From: Diploschistes diacapsis
Lineage: Eukaryota
Direction: 5' to 3'
Assembly (NCBI GenBank): GCA_023645945.1
Contig: JALAIB010000003.1
Span: 1 to 62,509, forward strand
DNA length: 62,509 bases
Under the pieces are notes generated by a model that was not told the DNA's origin, searched no databases, and saw nothing but the letters and a program-made list of their open reading frames with translations. The translations under genes and the position numbers were made by a program. Positions 1 to 12,882 of this stretch are shown one piece after another. The stretch's first letter is position 1; each line of letters starts with the position of its first letter.

Positions 1-154
1 GTTTTGGGATGAATACGAGGTTGAAGGACGCGGATAGCAGCAGAACGATGTTGTGGGTTCCGAGGAAAGAAGGGGAGGTGAGGAGGAAGTAGGATATGAT
101 GAGCTGGAAGATGGCGAAGGAGCGGACGAGGGTGTTGGCTGATATAAGGGCCAT
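1..154 (-). CDS. ILM1: ILM1-like membrane protein (increased loss of mtDNA protein 1), N-terminal part only; gene runs off the window start
   Basis: The reverse strand from ATG at 154 reads MALISANTLVRSFAIFQLIISYFLLTSPSFLGTHNIVLLLSASFNL, which resembles the hydrophobic N-terminus of fungal Ilm1 proteins. A possible GT donor follows near position 15. Confidence 0.65.
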   Translation of the reverse strand, partial: MALISANTLVRSFAIFQLIISYFLLTSPSFLGTHNIVLLLSASFNLVFIPK

Positions 155-394
155 TGCGAAGGATAATCTCAAACTTCTGAGAAGCAGCTTTGAAAGAAAG
201 CTCAGGCGGTGAATGTTCTTCTTATTCGAATGTATACTGTTAAACATAAAAAGGGCATGAGAAAAAGTACCTTGTACCCTATTGGGTTATGTTATGCAGA
301 AATGTGCCAAAGTATAATTGCTGTATGTGATCTGGCCCGCTCTCCCCGGCCTCCGCCAATCTCCATGCGTTTATCCGCTCGGATCTGAGTTGCC

Positions 395-2098
395 ATGTTC
401 CAACAAGCTGCCCAGTCCAGCCTCCATTCCTCCTCCAAACCGCCTTCCCCGTCTTTGAACGCCCCAGCTCACGTCAGATATTGGTTGCGCTGCCTCAAGA
501 CTTTCCTGCCGACCGCCTATACAGAGCAAGACGCTTCCCGGATCCCGCTCGCTTTCTTCATCCTTTCCGCGCTCGACCTCCTGGACTCCCTCGACTCCCA
601 TACAACGCAGGTCGAGCGGGCTGGATGGATCGATTTCATATACAGTTGCCAGCATCCCGAAGGGGGTTTCAGGGCTTTCACTGGCTCAAAGTTCGGGGAC
701 AAGGCGACTACGGCGGAGAACGCACGGTGGGATCCGGCGAATATAGCAGGGACTTATTTTGCCATTGTGTCGCTAGCATTGCTCGGTGACGATCTGGAAC
801 GGGTGCAGCGGAGGAAAACATTAGAGTGGATCAAGAGACTTCAGCACAAAGATGGTAGTTTCGGCGAACTGCATGCCGGTAGCGGGCCAGTGGAAGGAGG
901 TCAGGACGTGCGCTTCTGCTTCATGGCAGCGCTGGTATGCTACCTGCTTGGCACTTGCAGCGAGCAAGATCCGATCAGCCAATGCATCGATTCGGAAGCA
1001 CTTGCCCAGTTCGTTCTGGCCTCGAAGGTGGGTCCAATACCCCATAGTAGCACCACCTCGTTCGAAGAGCTGATAAAGGATGGCAGGGCTACGATGGCGG
1101 CATTGCAAGAAAACCTCACTGCGAATCTCACGGTACGCTCTGCCCGGTTCCGCCCTTGCACCCGTCCGTTACCGTGGCAGCCTGAATGACAGCATGAAGG
1201 CGCACGAGCTCATGATGTGCAGCCGGATGTACCTACTGCGGCGTGTCGACGCTCGCTATCCTTGGCAGACTCCCGCTATCCGACGGTAGCAGTGAGCTTC
1301 CGGGACACGCAACCGGTAGCTATGCTTCGCAGTCCGATATCCAGGATCTGCTTCACTGGCTCTCGTGGAGGCAAACATGTATGTTAACAGACTATCGTGA
1401 CCTTGTAGGGTTAGAAGAAGAAGGCGATCCGGAATCAGAACATGAAGAAGAGGAGCAGCACCAGCACCAGCAGCGACAAGAGAAGCAGGACTCGGGCTTC
1501 GCCGTTCTGAGCTCAACGCCGGCACTGCCGCCTTACTTGCTTGATTTCGAGTCGCTGCATCTCGAGCCTTCGGCTGGCACTGTCGCCGGCTTCAACGGGC
1601 GCTGCAACAAGCCTGCGGACACCTGCTACTCCTTCTGGGCAGGCAGCACATTAGCAGTGAGTGGGAAGCTTATTGCCGCACACGCCGGATCCACTTGGCG
1701 CTAACTAACTCTTGTCTTCCTAATCAGATACTGGGCAAGACCTCGCTGATAAACATTGCTGCTAATCGCCAATATCTACTTGAGAAAACTCAGCATCCCA
1801 TTGGCGGCTTCGGGAAATTTCCAGGGGATTTGCCAGGTACGTTTCGTCTACATCATCACTTTGTCGTGCTAGTCATTTTTGCTACTTCAAAATTCAAGTC
1901 ATAAGTTTCATTTGGCTGACCATGTTAGACATTCTCCACTCGTACATGGCCCTCGCGGCGCTGTCAGTAATGGGCGAGCCCGGCCTGAAGCCAATAGATC
2001 CCATACTCTGCACGAGCCTAGCGGTCAAGCAGCGATTACAAGAAAGCCTCCGAGAGAGAACTCAACCAGGAGATGGAGCGGAATGTTCGTTGACATAG
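395..2098 (+). CDS. CDC43: Geranylgeranyltransferase type I beta subunit (5 exons)
   Basis: Prenyltransferase repeats GGFRAF, DGSFGE, DVRFCF, GYDGGIA..ESHAGCTYC, GFNGRCNKPADTCYSFW, GGFGKFPGDLPDILHSYM. Introns at about 1028-1086, 1132-1222, 1657-1727 and 1837-1928; stop TAG at 2096-2098. Confidence 0.9.
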
Positions 2099-2724
2099 CG
2101 TTTTTAGGTAATTTACATGCCATTTCTGCTGCAAAATGTTCATGCGGCGGAAAGACAGAGAGTCCTTCTTTCCGCTCTCTGTGCGGCCAGGCGAAACGGA
2201 AGTGTGTGGACTTCAAAAGTAATCCTTCTAGCTATACTCTATGGGACCTCCCATTGCCTCGAAAGCAAGCAACGTTGTTGACCCGAGTGACAACGCGACG
2301 TAAAAGTGTGCTTTCCCGAGCTCGACGTGGCTGCTTGCGACTTTGAACAATATATACCTAGATAACCCGATTCCATCCCGGCCACAGATCACCGCCTTTG
2401 TGAATCTACTACACAAACCCGTAGACTTATCTACTTTTGAGACTCTGTCATGGGGGCGATGTTGAGAATACTTGGTTCGCACGCCAGGTACCGGGCTTGG
2501 ACCACTTCGATGCCCACACACAAAAGCTCGAGGGGATGCTTGCAGCTCGACGATAAAACAAACTAAGATACTTGGTTGAATATCTCTCCTCAAAGATCTC
2601 AAACCTGTCTTTTCAATCGATCTGAAGCATCTCCCTGAGATCTTATGTGGTCTCTAAGATCGCCTCTCTGTGTACGAGGTTGGGTAAACTTACTAATTCG
2701 GAACCAGGGGTTGTCTTTGACTTC

Positions 2725-5700
2725 TTATTGCTCGTAAGGATTGGCGTCTCTAATTCCGCCGATCAAACCATCCAAGCAGTCGACCCAACTATCTGCCAAC
2801 GTCCTGCAACAGCTCCCTACAAAATCACCACCAAGGCATACGTCCAGTGCCTTCCGGAAGCCCGACGAATCATCTGAATTATCTTCCTCCAAAATCTTCC
2901 TCCTCATCTGCTTGACGTAATCGCCGCCGCGGTAGATGCCCTGCAGCTTGCGCACGATGCTTCCGATTTCCACATTCTTTTCGCTGACTCCGCGACTGAT
3001 TTCTCGCAGAGCTCCAATCCAAAATTGCGGGTTACATAGAGATTCGGGCAATGTTTCCCCAGAAGGAAACGTCGTCGCGTACAGAGTCACTCTCATACTG
3101 AAGAGAAGGACGATATTCAGGAAGCAGGTATATAGAACGATCAACTCGCCCTCCATGTAGTATTCGTGGAAGAATTCCCAGCCCATGCTTTCAAAGTACC
3201 ATTGCGGTTGCTCATTGACTTCCTTCCAGTAAGAACAGTCGGTGATAGCGTTCTCGATTTCGCCAATGGCGGTGTGGATATCATCTTCAGCCCTCCGCAA
3301 AATCCTAAGGTCCTGCAGCGGGGACTCGTTGCTGCTCCAATTTGACCAGACATTGAAGAAGGTGGCCATGGATTTTAGAGCTTTAATCAGATACAAACTC
3401 AGCCTCAGACATTGGAACTCTTGGTCCGTCAATTCCACAAGATCCGCATCGTCCAATTGTTCTGTGTTGCTTTTTAAGTCCCCCGGCATACCATCACTGT
3501 CCCACTTTGTTAAGAAAGTTGCAACATCCATGTCCGCAACATCTGCCGAAAATTTGTGGCGCAAGTGGGCCAGGCCAATCTGAAGCTTCACCCAGAGATC
3601 TGAAGGTACCGGGCCCGGTCTGACGTACTGATCCATGGCGGGTTGCCCGTGATGTTCGTAATTTGGAACGGCCGCCGAATCTCGTATGTCTGCCAAGAGT
3701 AGATTGCCCTCTATTGTTGGGACTCTGAATTTGTGACGGTCAGGATCATTTAACCTCCAGAGAATCCGGTCGCATTCAACTGCTAGCAAGAATCTGGTGT
3801 TGGACGTCCGAAGCAGGTGTTGTAGTTGCAAAGTCTCGCAAAGCCCCATTGGATTATCATTTTCAACATGTTTCTGCAAGATGGTTGGCGAAACATCTAA
3901 TTTGGTCTGGAGCCACAAAAGGTAATCGCGGAGCAGAATGTGAGGGTCGCAACGCTTTGTGTTGGAGGTGTGTGGGTGTATTGTCGAAATTCTGGTAAGC
4001 AGCGTCCAGGACAGCGTATAGGCCTGTATGTTTTTAACGTCAAGCCTCTCGTAGAGCTCGAAGGCCCTTGACACCGCTCCTTGATATAGATAGACCCGCA
4101 CCAGGAGCAGTATTGCGTCGTAATTGTGCATGGAAGATATCAGAAGTTTCTCGAGGATAGCGGTGCCCTGCAGAAGCGCATAGCTTCTGTTCTGGTGCGC
4201 AAGATGTATGCAGGCCATTGCAGCAAGAATGGCAGCATCGTCACCACAACGTCGCTCTGTGACAGGCATGCCCTGCTCTACCTGGAGCGAGATTTGATAG
4301 AGCCGCAGACAGTTTGCCGCGAATGTTTCCAGTAGAACCGTGTTGGATAAATTGTGCTCGGCTGATACCACCACGTTGTAGTCCAGCTTCAGACTGTTGA
4401 GCTCTGACCTTATCCATTTGATGGCCATCGCTTCCTGGCTTTGTACCGACTGGGGAGCAATTACTTCCGCCAGCTTTGCTGATTCGAGAAGCAGAGGCCA
4501 CTTTTCGTTAGCAGCAATACGAGCCATGAAATGGGAAATGTCTCGGAAGTTGGATGGCGATGCACGGTATTGGTTTTGGTATCCAAATAACGATGAGAGA
4601 AGATCAGATTTGTCCCTGGCCGTGCTGAGGGGGTGGAGTTCAAATTCAAGCCTCCCTAAAAATCGATTACGGGAGCTTAGGAACGTCATATTCTTGAAAG
4701 CGTCACAAGTTTTGGATATGATTTGTTCTGATCCAATATTGCTCGCCGCCCTGGCCAGACCTTTCCACATGCTGAAATCATCACCAATGCCACCATAAGA
4801 GAAAACGGGAATATCAGTGGACCCAGAGCGAGCCAGATTCGCGTCTAGCAGGACGGCATAGCAGGTATTCCACAGCTCTTGCCAGTATCCACAAAGTTCA
4901 AGGAGCTTGACTTTCTCTGCCATTAATTCCCAGGAGCCAGCAGCAATGGCCGATTGTAATCCAGTTCGCTTTTCGTCGCAGAGAATCCACAAGGCTTCTT
5001 CGTTTTTGCCCTGAGACCTGAATATATAAACCAACAGCAAGACGTCCTTTGAGGTTTGAAGTGCGGTAGAGGAGGGATCAATAGGCGCTGAAGCTTGTGC
5101 TGTTTGAAGCCCTTGTTTATCGGCGAGGGAAAGTTTGCTGAACATGCTACAAAAATCATCCTTTGTGACGACTCGACTCGCAGCAGCGGACAGAAACTTG
5201 AACGCAAAGGCTTCGCAAAGACGGCTCTCTTTCTCATCCATCCGAGCATTCGGCACAACGGTGGACAAGTGAGCCCAGGCAACCGCTTGAAAGAAGAACC
5301 GTCGCTTGTTCTTCGAGATCATCATGGCCCTCGTCGCAGCCTAAGTCAGAATAAGCCTTCAACACGCACGAGCCTTCGAAGCCATGTATTACCTTTTGCG
5401 CAGCCATGTAGTCATGTCGTTTCAGACTCTCTGTGATCCAAGCAGAGAGAAACTGTTCATTCCGAGGCTGTGCACTCTGGGCTCGGTCCCACATCGACGA
5501 GAGCATCTCGGGATCGAGGTAGTCATACAAATCTGGCTGATCGATGGTCCTGAGTATATCCAAGTCAACAACTGGAGGCTTGCGCTCGACGAGGTTGCGT
5601 AGCTCTTCGACACCCTGCAGAAACCTGGCTTTGTCCTCGCAGGACACGAGAATGAGAGCTTTGTTGAGCTAGCGATGTTCAAATAAGCTTAGACGTCCTC

Positions 5701-5866
5701 AAACTGCATCTCTCAGACCTACCAATAATCTATCATCTCGTACTTTTTTGAGCCGCTTTTCAACATTGGCTAATGCTTGCTTCCACTTCCCGCTGTCAAC
5801 GAGCTCCTGGATAATCAAATCGTTCTTGTCAGGCCCGAATTTGGTGGTAGACACAAGAATCTTCAT
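2725..5866 (-). CDS. MDM20: NatB N-acetyltransferase non-catalytic subunit (Mdm20/Naa25), 3 exons
   Basis: N-terminal DSGKWKQALANVEKRLKK; TERRCGDDAAILA, SMHNYDAILLLVRVYL and LDVKNIQ match the NatB_MDM20 family. Two short GT-AG introns join ORFs 5699-5941, 5234-5647 and 2725-5325. Confidence 0.85.
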
Positions 5867-8634
5867 CTTTAGTCCTACTATAATAATCTTACAACAAAAG
5901 GAAAATATAATAAAGCCGTGACCTACAGCACACTGATACAAGCAGACGCTATGGCATACATGCTAATCGGGATTCTTATGCATACAAGCATGTAGTAAGA
6001 GAGTGCTACTTTATACTCCTCGTTGTCGCACGAGGCGACAACAACAACAACGATTATCAGGAAAGCGCGGATGCTGAACCAGTCTATGCACCCCACAACG
6101 ATATGCTCAAATAAGCGAGGTTACTGGATATCAAGGCAGTGGTAAACATCTTATCTGCCGTGGTGGTTTCGCGGACAGGACTTGCTGTAGACGAAGAACA
6201 CAAAAAAGAAAGCATGCGTGGATTACTGTATGTTTGTGAGAGAGGTTGGCGCGCTTGCATACCAGTAGTCTACTAGCAGCCAGCGTACTACAGAATGCTA
6301 GGTGTGAACAGCAACAACCCCATATGCGCACAATCCGCCCTTTCATCAACAGCTTGGTCTGCAATGTTACAGGACTTGACATATCCTGCATTGTGCTTTC
6401 CTATACTCTCTAACGACGTCCAAATCCTACATTTCCCTCGGCCAACCTCGTCGCATTTAGCTTGAGGATCGCCCATACTACGTTAGATTATCACACAGCG
6501 GAGGGCTTTGGGATCCGCGTAACAAGACTTGCAGCGTTGCTTTATAGACTGTGAGCCTCGTGGATGATGGTGCCTATTGTACGATGTCTCCTTCGCATGG
6601 CAGTGGCGTAAAGTGTCTCCAATCACGGAAGCGAAATCTTAGATGGATCAAAGCAGACCGTCTATGGGGTCGCTTGTCGTTTGCCAAACTTCTTCTCCGT
6701 GATCTAGTTTTCAATAAGCATGATGCACGAGTAGTCTTCATAACGTAGCCACAAAAAGCAGTCTTTCGAGAGCATGGATGGCCTCACCCATTGTTGTTTG
6801 CAATCTCGATAGGCTCTGGAGCAGTGGAATGTTAGCGGATCTCGTGCATGCTGTTGCTTAATGGTTGAACGTAGTTTCAGGTGTGACTTGCTGGAAGTAG
6901 TCGGCACATAAATCCCTATCACCGCCGTTTCGGTGCAGACACTTGATGCTTCTCGAGGCTGCTTCTTGACATGGATCGAAATACTCGCTATTCCGCTTTC
7001 TGTAGCCAATAATCAGTAGTCATTCTCAGAAATAATGCCTTCTAGTCTTTGGCAGACCCTTTGAAGGCATTCTCGCCTTTGCTCCATGCAGTTTGTTCTT
7101 CATTATCAATGGTAGTAACGGTCGACTTATTGGTATTGGTAGCCATGCTTGCGGTATGGGGCAAACAGCGTCTTATAAGCACATCAAAGACCAAGTCAAC
7201 TCTCAACTATAGTTACGTGCTCAGTCCGCCTCTAGGTCGTCTCGCACGCATATGCAGATATCATAGCAAATATCCTATGGGCGATAATTGTTTATAGTGC
7301 AAAGTATGTTGGTCACGTGGTGTGCCGCGTACTCATAATAATAAACGACACCTGGTATCTACAGCAATATCCGTTTCCTCCTACAAGAAAATAACTTTTG
7401 GTTCTCCTACCATTGCTCCATCACTATCGCCCTTGACTCAACCTGCAGTTGCCTCGGTAGGTAATAACAACACGACACTGGTATTGTGAATGCTCGCATA
7501 TAGCCCTATGGCTCGGGTTTCAGCTTGAGGACTGTCTGGCGTAGGTAAGAGAAAGCGACATACCTCGTGAGTCGTATTTGAGTCAGATCCAGAATTGTCT
7601 ATCCAGATGAAGATTCAAAGAGCTCGTCAGATATCGCGGCTGCGTCAAATCGGGATAAATAATCGAAACTTTCCTGATGCCACTGCTCAAACTGTCGCCA
7701 TATCCACATAATGGTGATGCTCCTCCTCATTAATGAAGGTCTTGATGATTTGAAGGCCACGCTGGCGTTTGACACCCAGAGTTGCGACTGTCCTGCGAAA
7801 GTATAGCATTATCGCGATGCTGAGGGGAGAATTTTGAAGCACGCCTGAATATCCCATAAGTTGCAGAGCATGCGACTAGCAGTGGACTTGATCTACCCGT
7901 GCTCAGCCCACCCGATTCTAGAGTTGGGATCCGCCTCACGGTGGACTACATGCCATCAGAGGTTAGTGATGAAGTTCTCAGCCACCAAAGATAGTCGAAA
8001 CAGCATGTAATATCCTTCTGGCTAAATCAGAAATAGGAAACTGTTCCTTAGTTGTTGAGCATGTTTGCTATCAACCGGCCCCGCTGAAGACGTGGGTACG
8101 GACCTGATATCTCTTCACTCAAATAAGGGTGAGACTTCCACTGGTTTGTGGGGTTGCTTCAGACCACAAGAGTCGGGCGTGTTGTGTCGAACCTACAAGT
8201 CAAGGAGACATACCCTGCAACCCAGAGACAGGCCGATCTCAGTGGTGGGTTTAGCTCCTTCTTTGAAGTTTGTTCTCTGAGGCGTTGGTTCACAATTACT
8301 AGTACTAGTGCTGGATGACAAGACCGAAAGGTTCAGAAGCCAATCTACGAAGTATAAGAATATTTAATACAACATTCATAGCAATGACTCGAAGGTTCTC
8401 AGCTTGTTTCACTTTCGGAAGATCGAGTGAATCAGTGTCTGTATATACTTTTCACTTCCGGCGCTCTCTCTCCTCCGTCCATTTTCATAGTCAGCTTCAC
8501 ATAGCGAAAGCCCCTTCTCAACGATACTGCCTTTTCTCATTTCTTTAAGTTCAAAATCTCTGTCTTTCCTTCTATCCTCTGAAAATTTGAATCCAGGATC
8601 ATATCACTGATACTCTAGGAAACCGCAAATCGTC

Positions 8635-9907
8635 ATGTCTACTGCAATAGTCACAGCACCTGCTGTTGTTGTTGCTCAGCCCGTAGCCTCTTGTGATCTC
8701 TTGATCAATGAAGAAGAGGCGAAGCAGCTTGACAGTGATGACTTCAATCCACAAAAGCACATCTGTTTCAAGCGTCCAACAAAGGTGCATAGTATGAAAG
8801 ATCTGGGTCTGCCCGACCACACAGGTATCTCCTCTGTGGCAGTCTCCGAACCCTTCCCTCTATTCACTGCTGAGGCTATCCGCCGAATGCGTGCGGAAGT
8901 TCTCAGTGAAGAAGTGATGAAGAATTGCCGGTATTCTAGCGACCTCGCTCAGTGTCAGCTGAGAGGATTTGCTGCCAGGTAAGTTGAATTCGCGGCCAGT
9001 ACGAAGCTAGAAGTGATTAAAGAATCGTTAGGTACGCACCCTTCGTGTACGACGCGTGGAAGGACCCAACCACTCTGGCCATCGTCTCTGATATTGCAGG
9101 GATCGATCTGGTGACTGTGATGGACTATGAGATCGGCCATGTCAACATCGCTGTCAAGTCTGAAGAGGACAAGCACGAGGAGTTTATGGCACTTTCAGAG
9201 GAACGGCGATTCGATAAAGACAGCGAGGGCGTTGTTAGGTGTTTTGAGAAGGATGACAAGCCTATCGTCGATTGGCACTGCGATAGCTATCCTTTCGTTT
9301 GCGTCACTATGCTCAGCGATTGTTCGCGAATGGTCGGCGGCGAAACAGCGCTGCGAACGGGTACCGGTACCGTCTTAAAGGTTCGCGGCCCTCAGATGGT
9401 AACATACTTCCTCTTCTGGTGTGCCTTTTGCCTATAGTTAATTAATGGCAGGGATGCGCGGTTGTGCTGCAGGGACGATATATCGAACACCAAGCCCTAC
9501 GCGCGCTTGGCGCTACAGAGCGCATCACCATGGTCACCTCCTTCCGCCCTCGGTGCGCAAAGGTGCGCGACGACTCGGTATTGAAAACTATCAGGTCTGT
9601 CTCCAATCTGTCAGAGCTCTACTACGACTTCAGCGAGTATCGCCTAGAAATCCTCGAGGAAAGGGTTCGCGCTCAGTTGAAGACGTTACGCGAGGCTAAA
9701 AAGAGCGGGAAGAAGTTTCCTACCATAGACCTCAAAAGGTTTCTGAAGGAGCAAGTTGGCTTCTTAGACCATATGAATGAAGAACTGGTACCCGAGGGAG
9801 GAGTGAAAATGGGATTGGTCAAAGCTGCGGGGCCTCCGGGACGCGTGGTTGGAGAGAGCCCTAAAACACATCTCGTGGAATTAACCGAGGCAGATACAGG
9901 ATGCTGA
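8635..9907 (+). CDS. Uncharacterised fungal Fe(II)/2-oxoglutarate dioxygenase-like protein (3 exons)
   Basis: Three ORFs are joined by introns at about 8978-9031 and 9399-9450. It has an HxD motif (VDWHCDSYPFV), a distal His (YIEHQAL) and ERITMVTSFR, typical of a double-stranded beta-helix 2OG oxygenase. Confidence 0.7.
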
Positions 9908-10807
9908 ACTGATGCTGGGAACTCGGTGTTGTGCTTTGCTTTTGGAGTTACCAGGGGCAAGAATATGTAAATTAGCGTGGGTTTGCATGCCCATGACATG
10001 CAGTCGATTGACTACCTTTGAAGATGGCATGCTTTTTATGGGAAACTACTGGGAGGCATTTGGATACTGGGAATTGATAGCATATAGTTTAAATTAATCT
10101 CGACTTTCCACACAACAGACCCCCCGACCGTGCAGGCATTCTTGTACTCCTCACTATATCTCACACTATAGGTTGAATATTTCCGTCAAGCGTCCAAGGG
10201 TACAGTACCAAGCGGTGAAAAGGGTAAAACTTTCCGATTATAACAGAGCATTGGAGGGAATTTTGAATGCCCAAGGTCGAATTATACATATATAGAGTTG
10301 CAAGCGGCAATCGCGTGTAGTTCCCGCACTGGCATTTGCGGAGAGCGCGTTCATTTGTCCAGGGGGCAATCAAAGAGCAGAGCACCATGTCATTGTGAGA
10401 TACGGCAGCCTCATGCTACCCGTCTGATTTTTACACTCATAGCCCTCATGCCGACATTCTTCTCGTCTCAGGCACTCTTACACTAGTGACGGGCACCCCC
10501 ATGTTCGCAATCATCTGTGTTTTCAATATCACTCAGATGACTGACGCCTTCCGCATTAAGGTTGCCCAACACTTGAATGCCAGTTTACTTTGTTACCACC
10601 TTTGACGACTGCCGACAAGAGTACTGGATTCTTACTCAGCGCTGTGCCATTACGAGTTTTCTAGAGCTCAAGAGTCATCATCCCAGGTGACCGATCTATC
10701 CTTCACTGAACCTGCCGTATCAAGCCCAGGCTCCTACGAACCCTTACTGAGGCGAGGTGACAAAGTGCTCCTCCGAAGAATACTTAGTGCACGGAGCTGA
10801 GTGGAGG

Positions 10808-12593
10808 ATGGCCACAACGTCAGAGAAGCTAGAGCCTGGTGCCCGGAGAGGAGAGTCGCATGGATTGGTAAAATGCGGGGAGCCAAAGGCTAGCAAGGAC
10901 AATTCTAGCCTCCTTGAAGTCTTCACCAAAGCGATAGATGACATGCGTTCACTTGTTACGTGCCGCATCTGCACGCGACCTATGTATGAACCATACACTA
11001 CGGGATGTGGTCATTCCTATTGCTACTCGTGCCTGGTACAGTGGTTTTCGAGCCATCGGCGAAACAAATCTTGTCCTGGGTGCCGTGCGAAGATTATCCA
11101 ACAGCCAGTGCCAGATTATACCGTATGTCTTGTCCCAGCTGTATTGATGATAATTGCAGATGCAGATCTTGATGATGACACCCTCATAGATCCGAAATCT
11201 GGTCCAAGTCCTCATAAGCCACCCTGCCTTTCTAGAAGATGGAGACACGATTGAGAGGCTACGAGAAGACCAAAAAAAGGAAGCAAATTTGGTCGAAAGA
11301 GATAAATCCAATAGGGCGCAGAAAGGGGGAATACTCTTCAACGGGTGCTTCAGGTGTGCACCACGCATCAGTATTTTCGATACTTCAGATGGCATACACC
11401 GATGCCCATCCTGCAACTGGGAGCTTGAAGACAGATACTGCCTTCGTTGTGAGAGAACGTTTGAGCTTGATGGAGACTCGGATGCAGCACTGAGTTTCAG
11501 CGAGGGTGAGGATACAGACCTTGACGGTGAGCTCGACCGCATGCGGGGGATATACGACGCGTTCGATCGTGAAGCAACAGTCGGATTTGGCACAGGACGG
11601 CCTCCTCGCTACTCCTCGCCCGGTCTTACCCCGCCCTACTATGATTCGGATGGCCAGGATTCGATAAGCTCATACGATTCAGAAATGCACATGATAAGGC
11701 AGATTGCGTTGAATGCTAGAAACAGGGATCCCGCTCGGGAAGAGAGCAGTACGACTTGGTCCTCGTCGGCCTCAGACATCGAGCAGTATGATACGCCACC
11801 GCCACGATCTATCCCACATGGTCCAATAACTTGGGAAAATCACCCAAACTTTGCACAAAGGCCTCCAGACGACTTCTCAATAGACGAACATGATCCAGAA
11901 CTGGATGACTTCATTGACGATGGCTCCGATGTAAGATCTCTTAGCACGGAAAGGCTTCAAGTTGAAGATTCTACGGATGTGGAAGAGCTATCGCTGTATT
12001 CGGGCGATGATTCGCCAGTTGTAACTCGGAGACGCAGGGGGCTCTTACATGATCATGAGGATGTGGAGGAAGATGAAGGCGAGGGCTTCGAGCCGTCGAG
12101 ACAGTCGAGCAGTAACGGTCAAGACGATGATACTGGAAGAGGTCGTCCGGACGAGGAAGACGAGCAAAGTGTGGGCTCGGCAGAGTCCATCAAACTCACC
12201 TCCCAGCAACAGAGGAAACGCCGTCGAATGGTGGTAGTGGACGACTCTGACGAAGAAGAAGAATTTTCAAATGGCCGTGAAAAAAGGTCTCGAACAAGAC
12301 GTGGACTGAACAGCCGCCCAGCCGTACTTAGGCGTGGTCACGGCGTAACAACCATTCCAAACGCTACAGATGGCGGAGTTCCTCGCTCAGCTGGCTATGG
12401 GCAGACTGAGCTTCCGCTACCGGACGACGACAGTGAGATCTATGTGCCACCAAGGCTTATGTCCGCTTCCCACCTGGCTGTATTGATTCCTAATCTCTCC
12501 GCTCGTCGTTCCCAAACTGGTGCCAGCTACCTTGCAGTGTCCCGTCGGAACAATGACTGGTCATCTCTCGGCTCGAGGTCGCTGGTCCCGTGA
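10808..12593 (+). CDS. RING-finger E3 ubiquitin ligase (Psh1-like architecture: C3HC4 RING, second Cys4 cluster, acidic disordered tail)
   Basis: RING CRIC..CGHSYCYSC..CPGC; intron at about 11123-11189; second cluster CPSCNWELEDRYCLRC; long D/E/S-rich C-terminus. Confidence 0.75.
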
Positions 12594-12882
12594 TCGAACC
12601 TGGTAAATGACGTTTGGGATTAGACAAGGCATTCTAGAAAGTAGATTCAACAGGATGAGGCAATCGGAAGGTGACAGGATGAGACTTGTGCTATCAAAGT
12701 TTTTTTTGATGGATTAGCATTAAGCGTCTCGTGCAAGACAGCTTTGAGATGGCTTAGGGCTTGCAACGTTGACTTTCAATTACGTGCTCATTTGGAGTTG
12801 CCACACGATAGAGATTTCACAAAACAGGCACGTCGTATAGGTACTTAGTCTTGCTCGGGCAATGCACGAGAATGATGGAATG

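Noticed and set aside
6022..6051. 8-bp hairpin GTTGTCGC-N5-GCGACAAC merging into a short (CAA)n run
   Set aside because: Too short to distinguish from chance.
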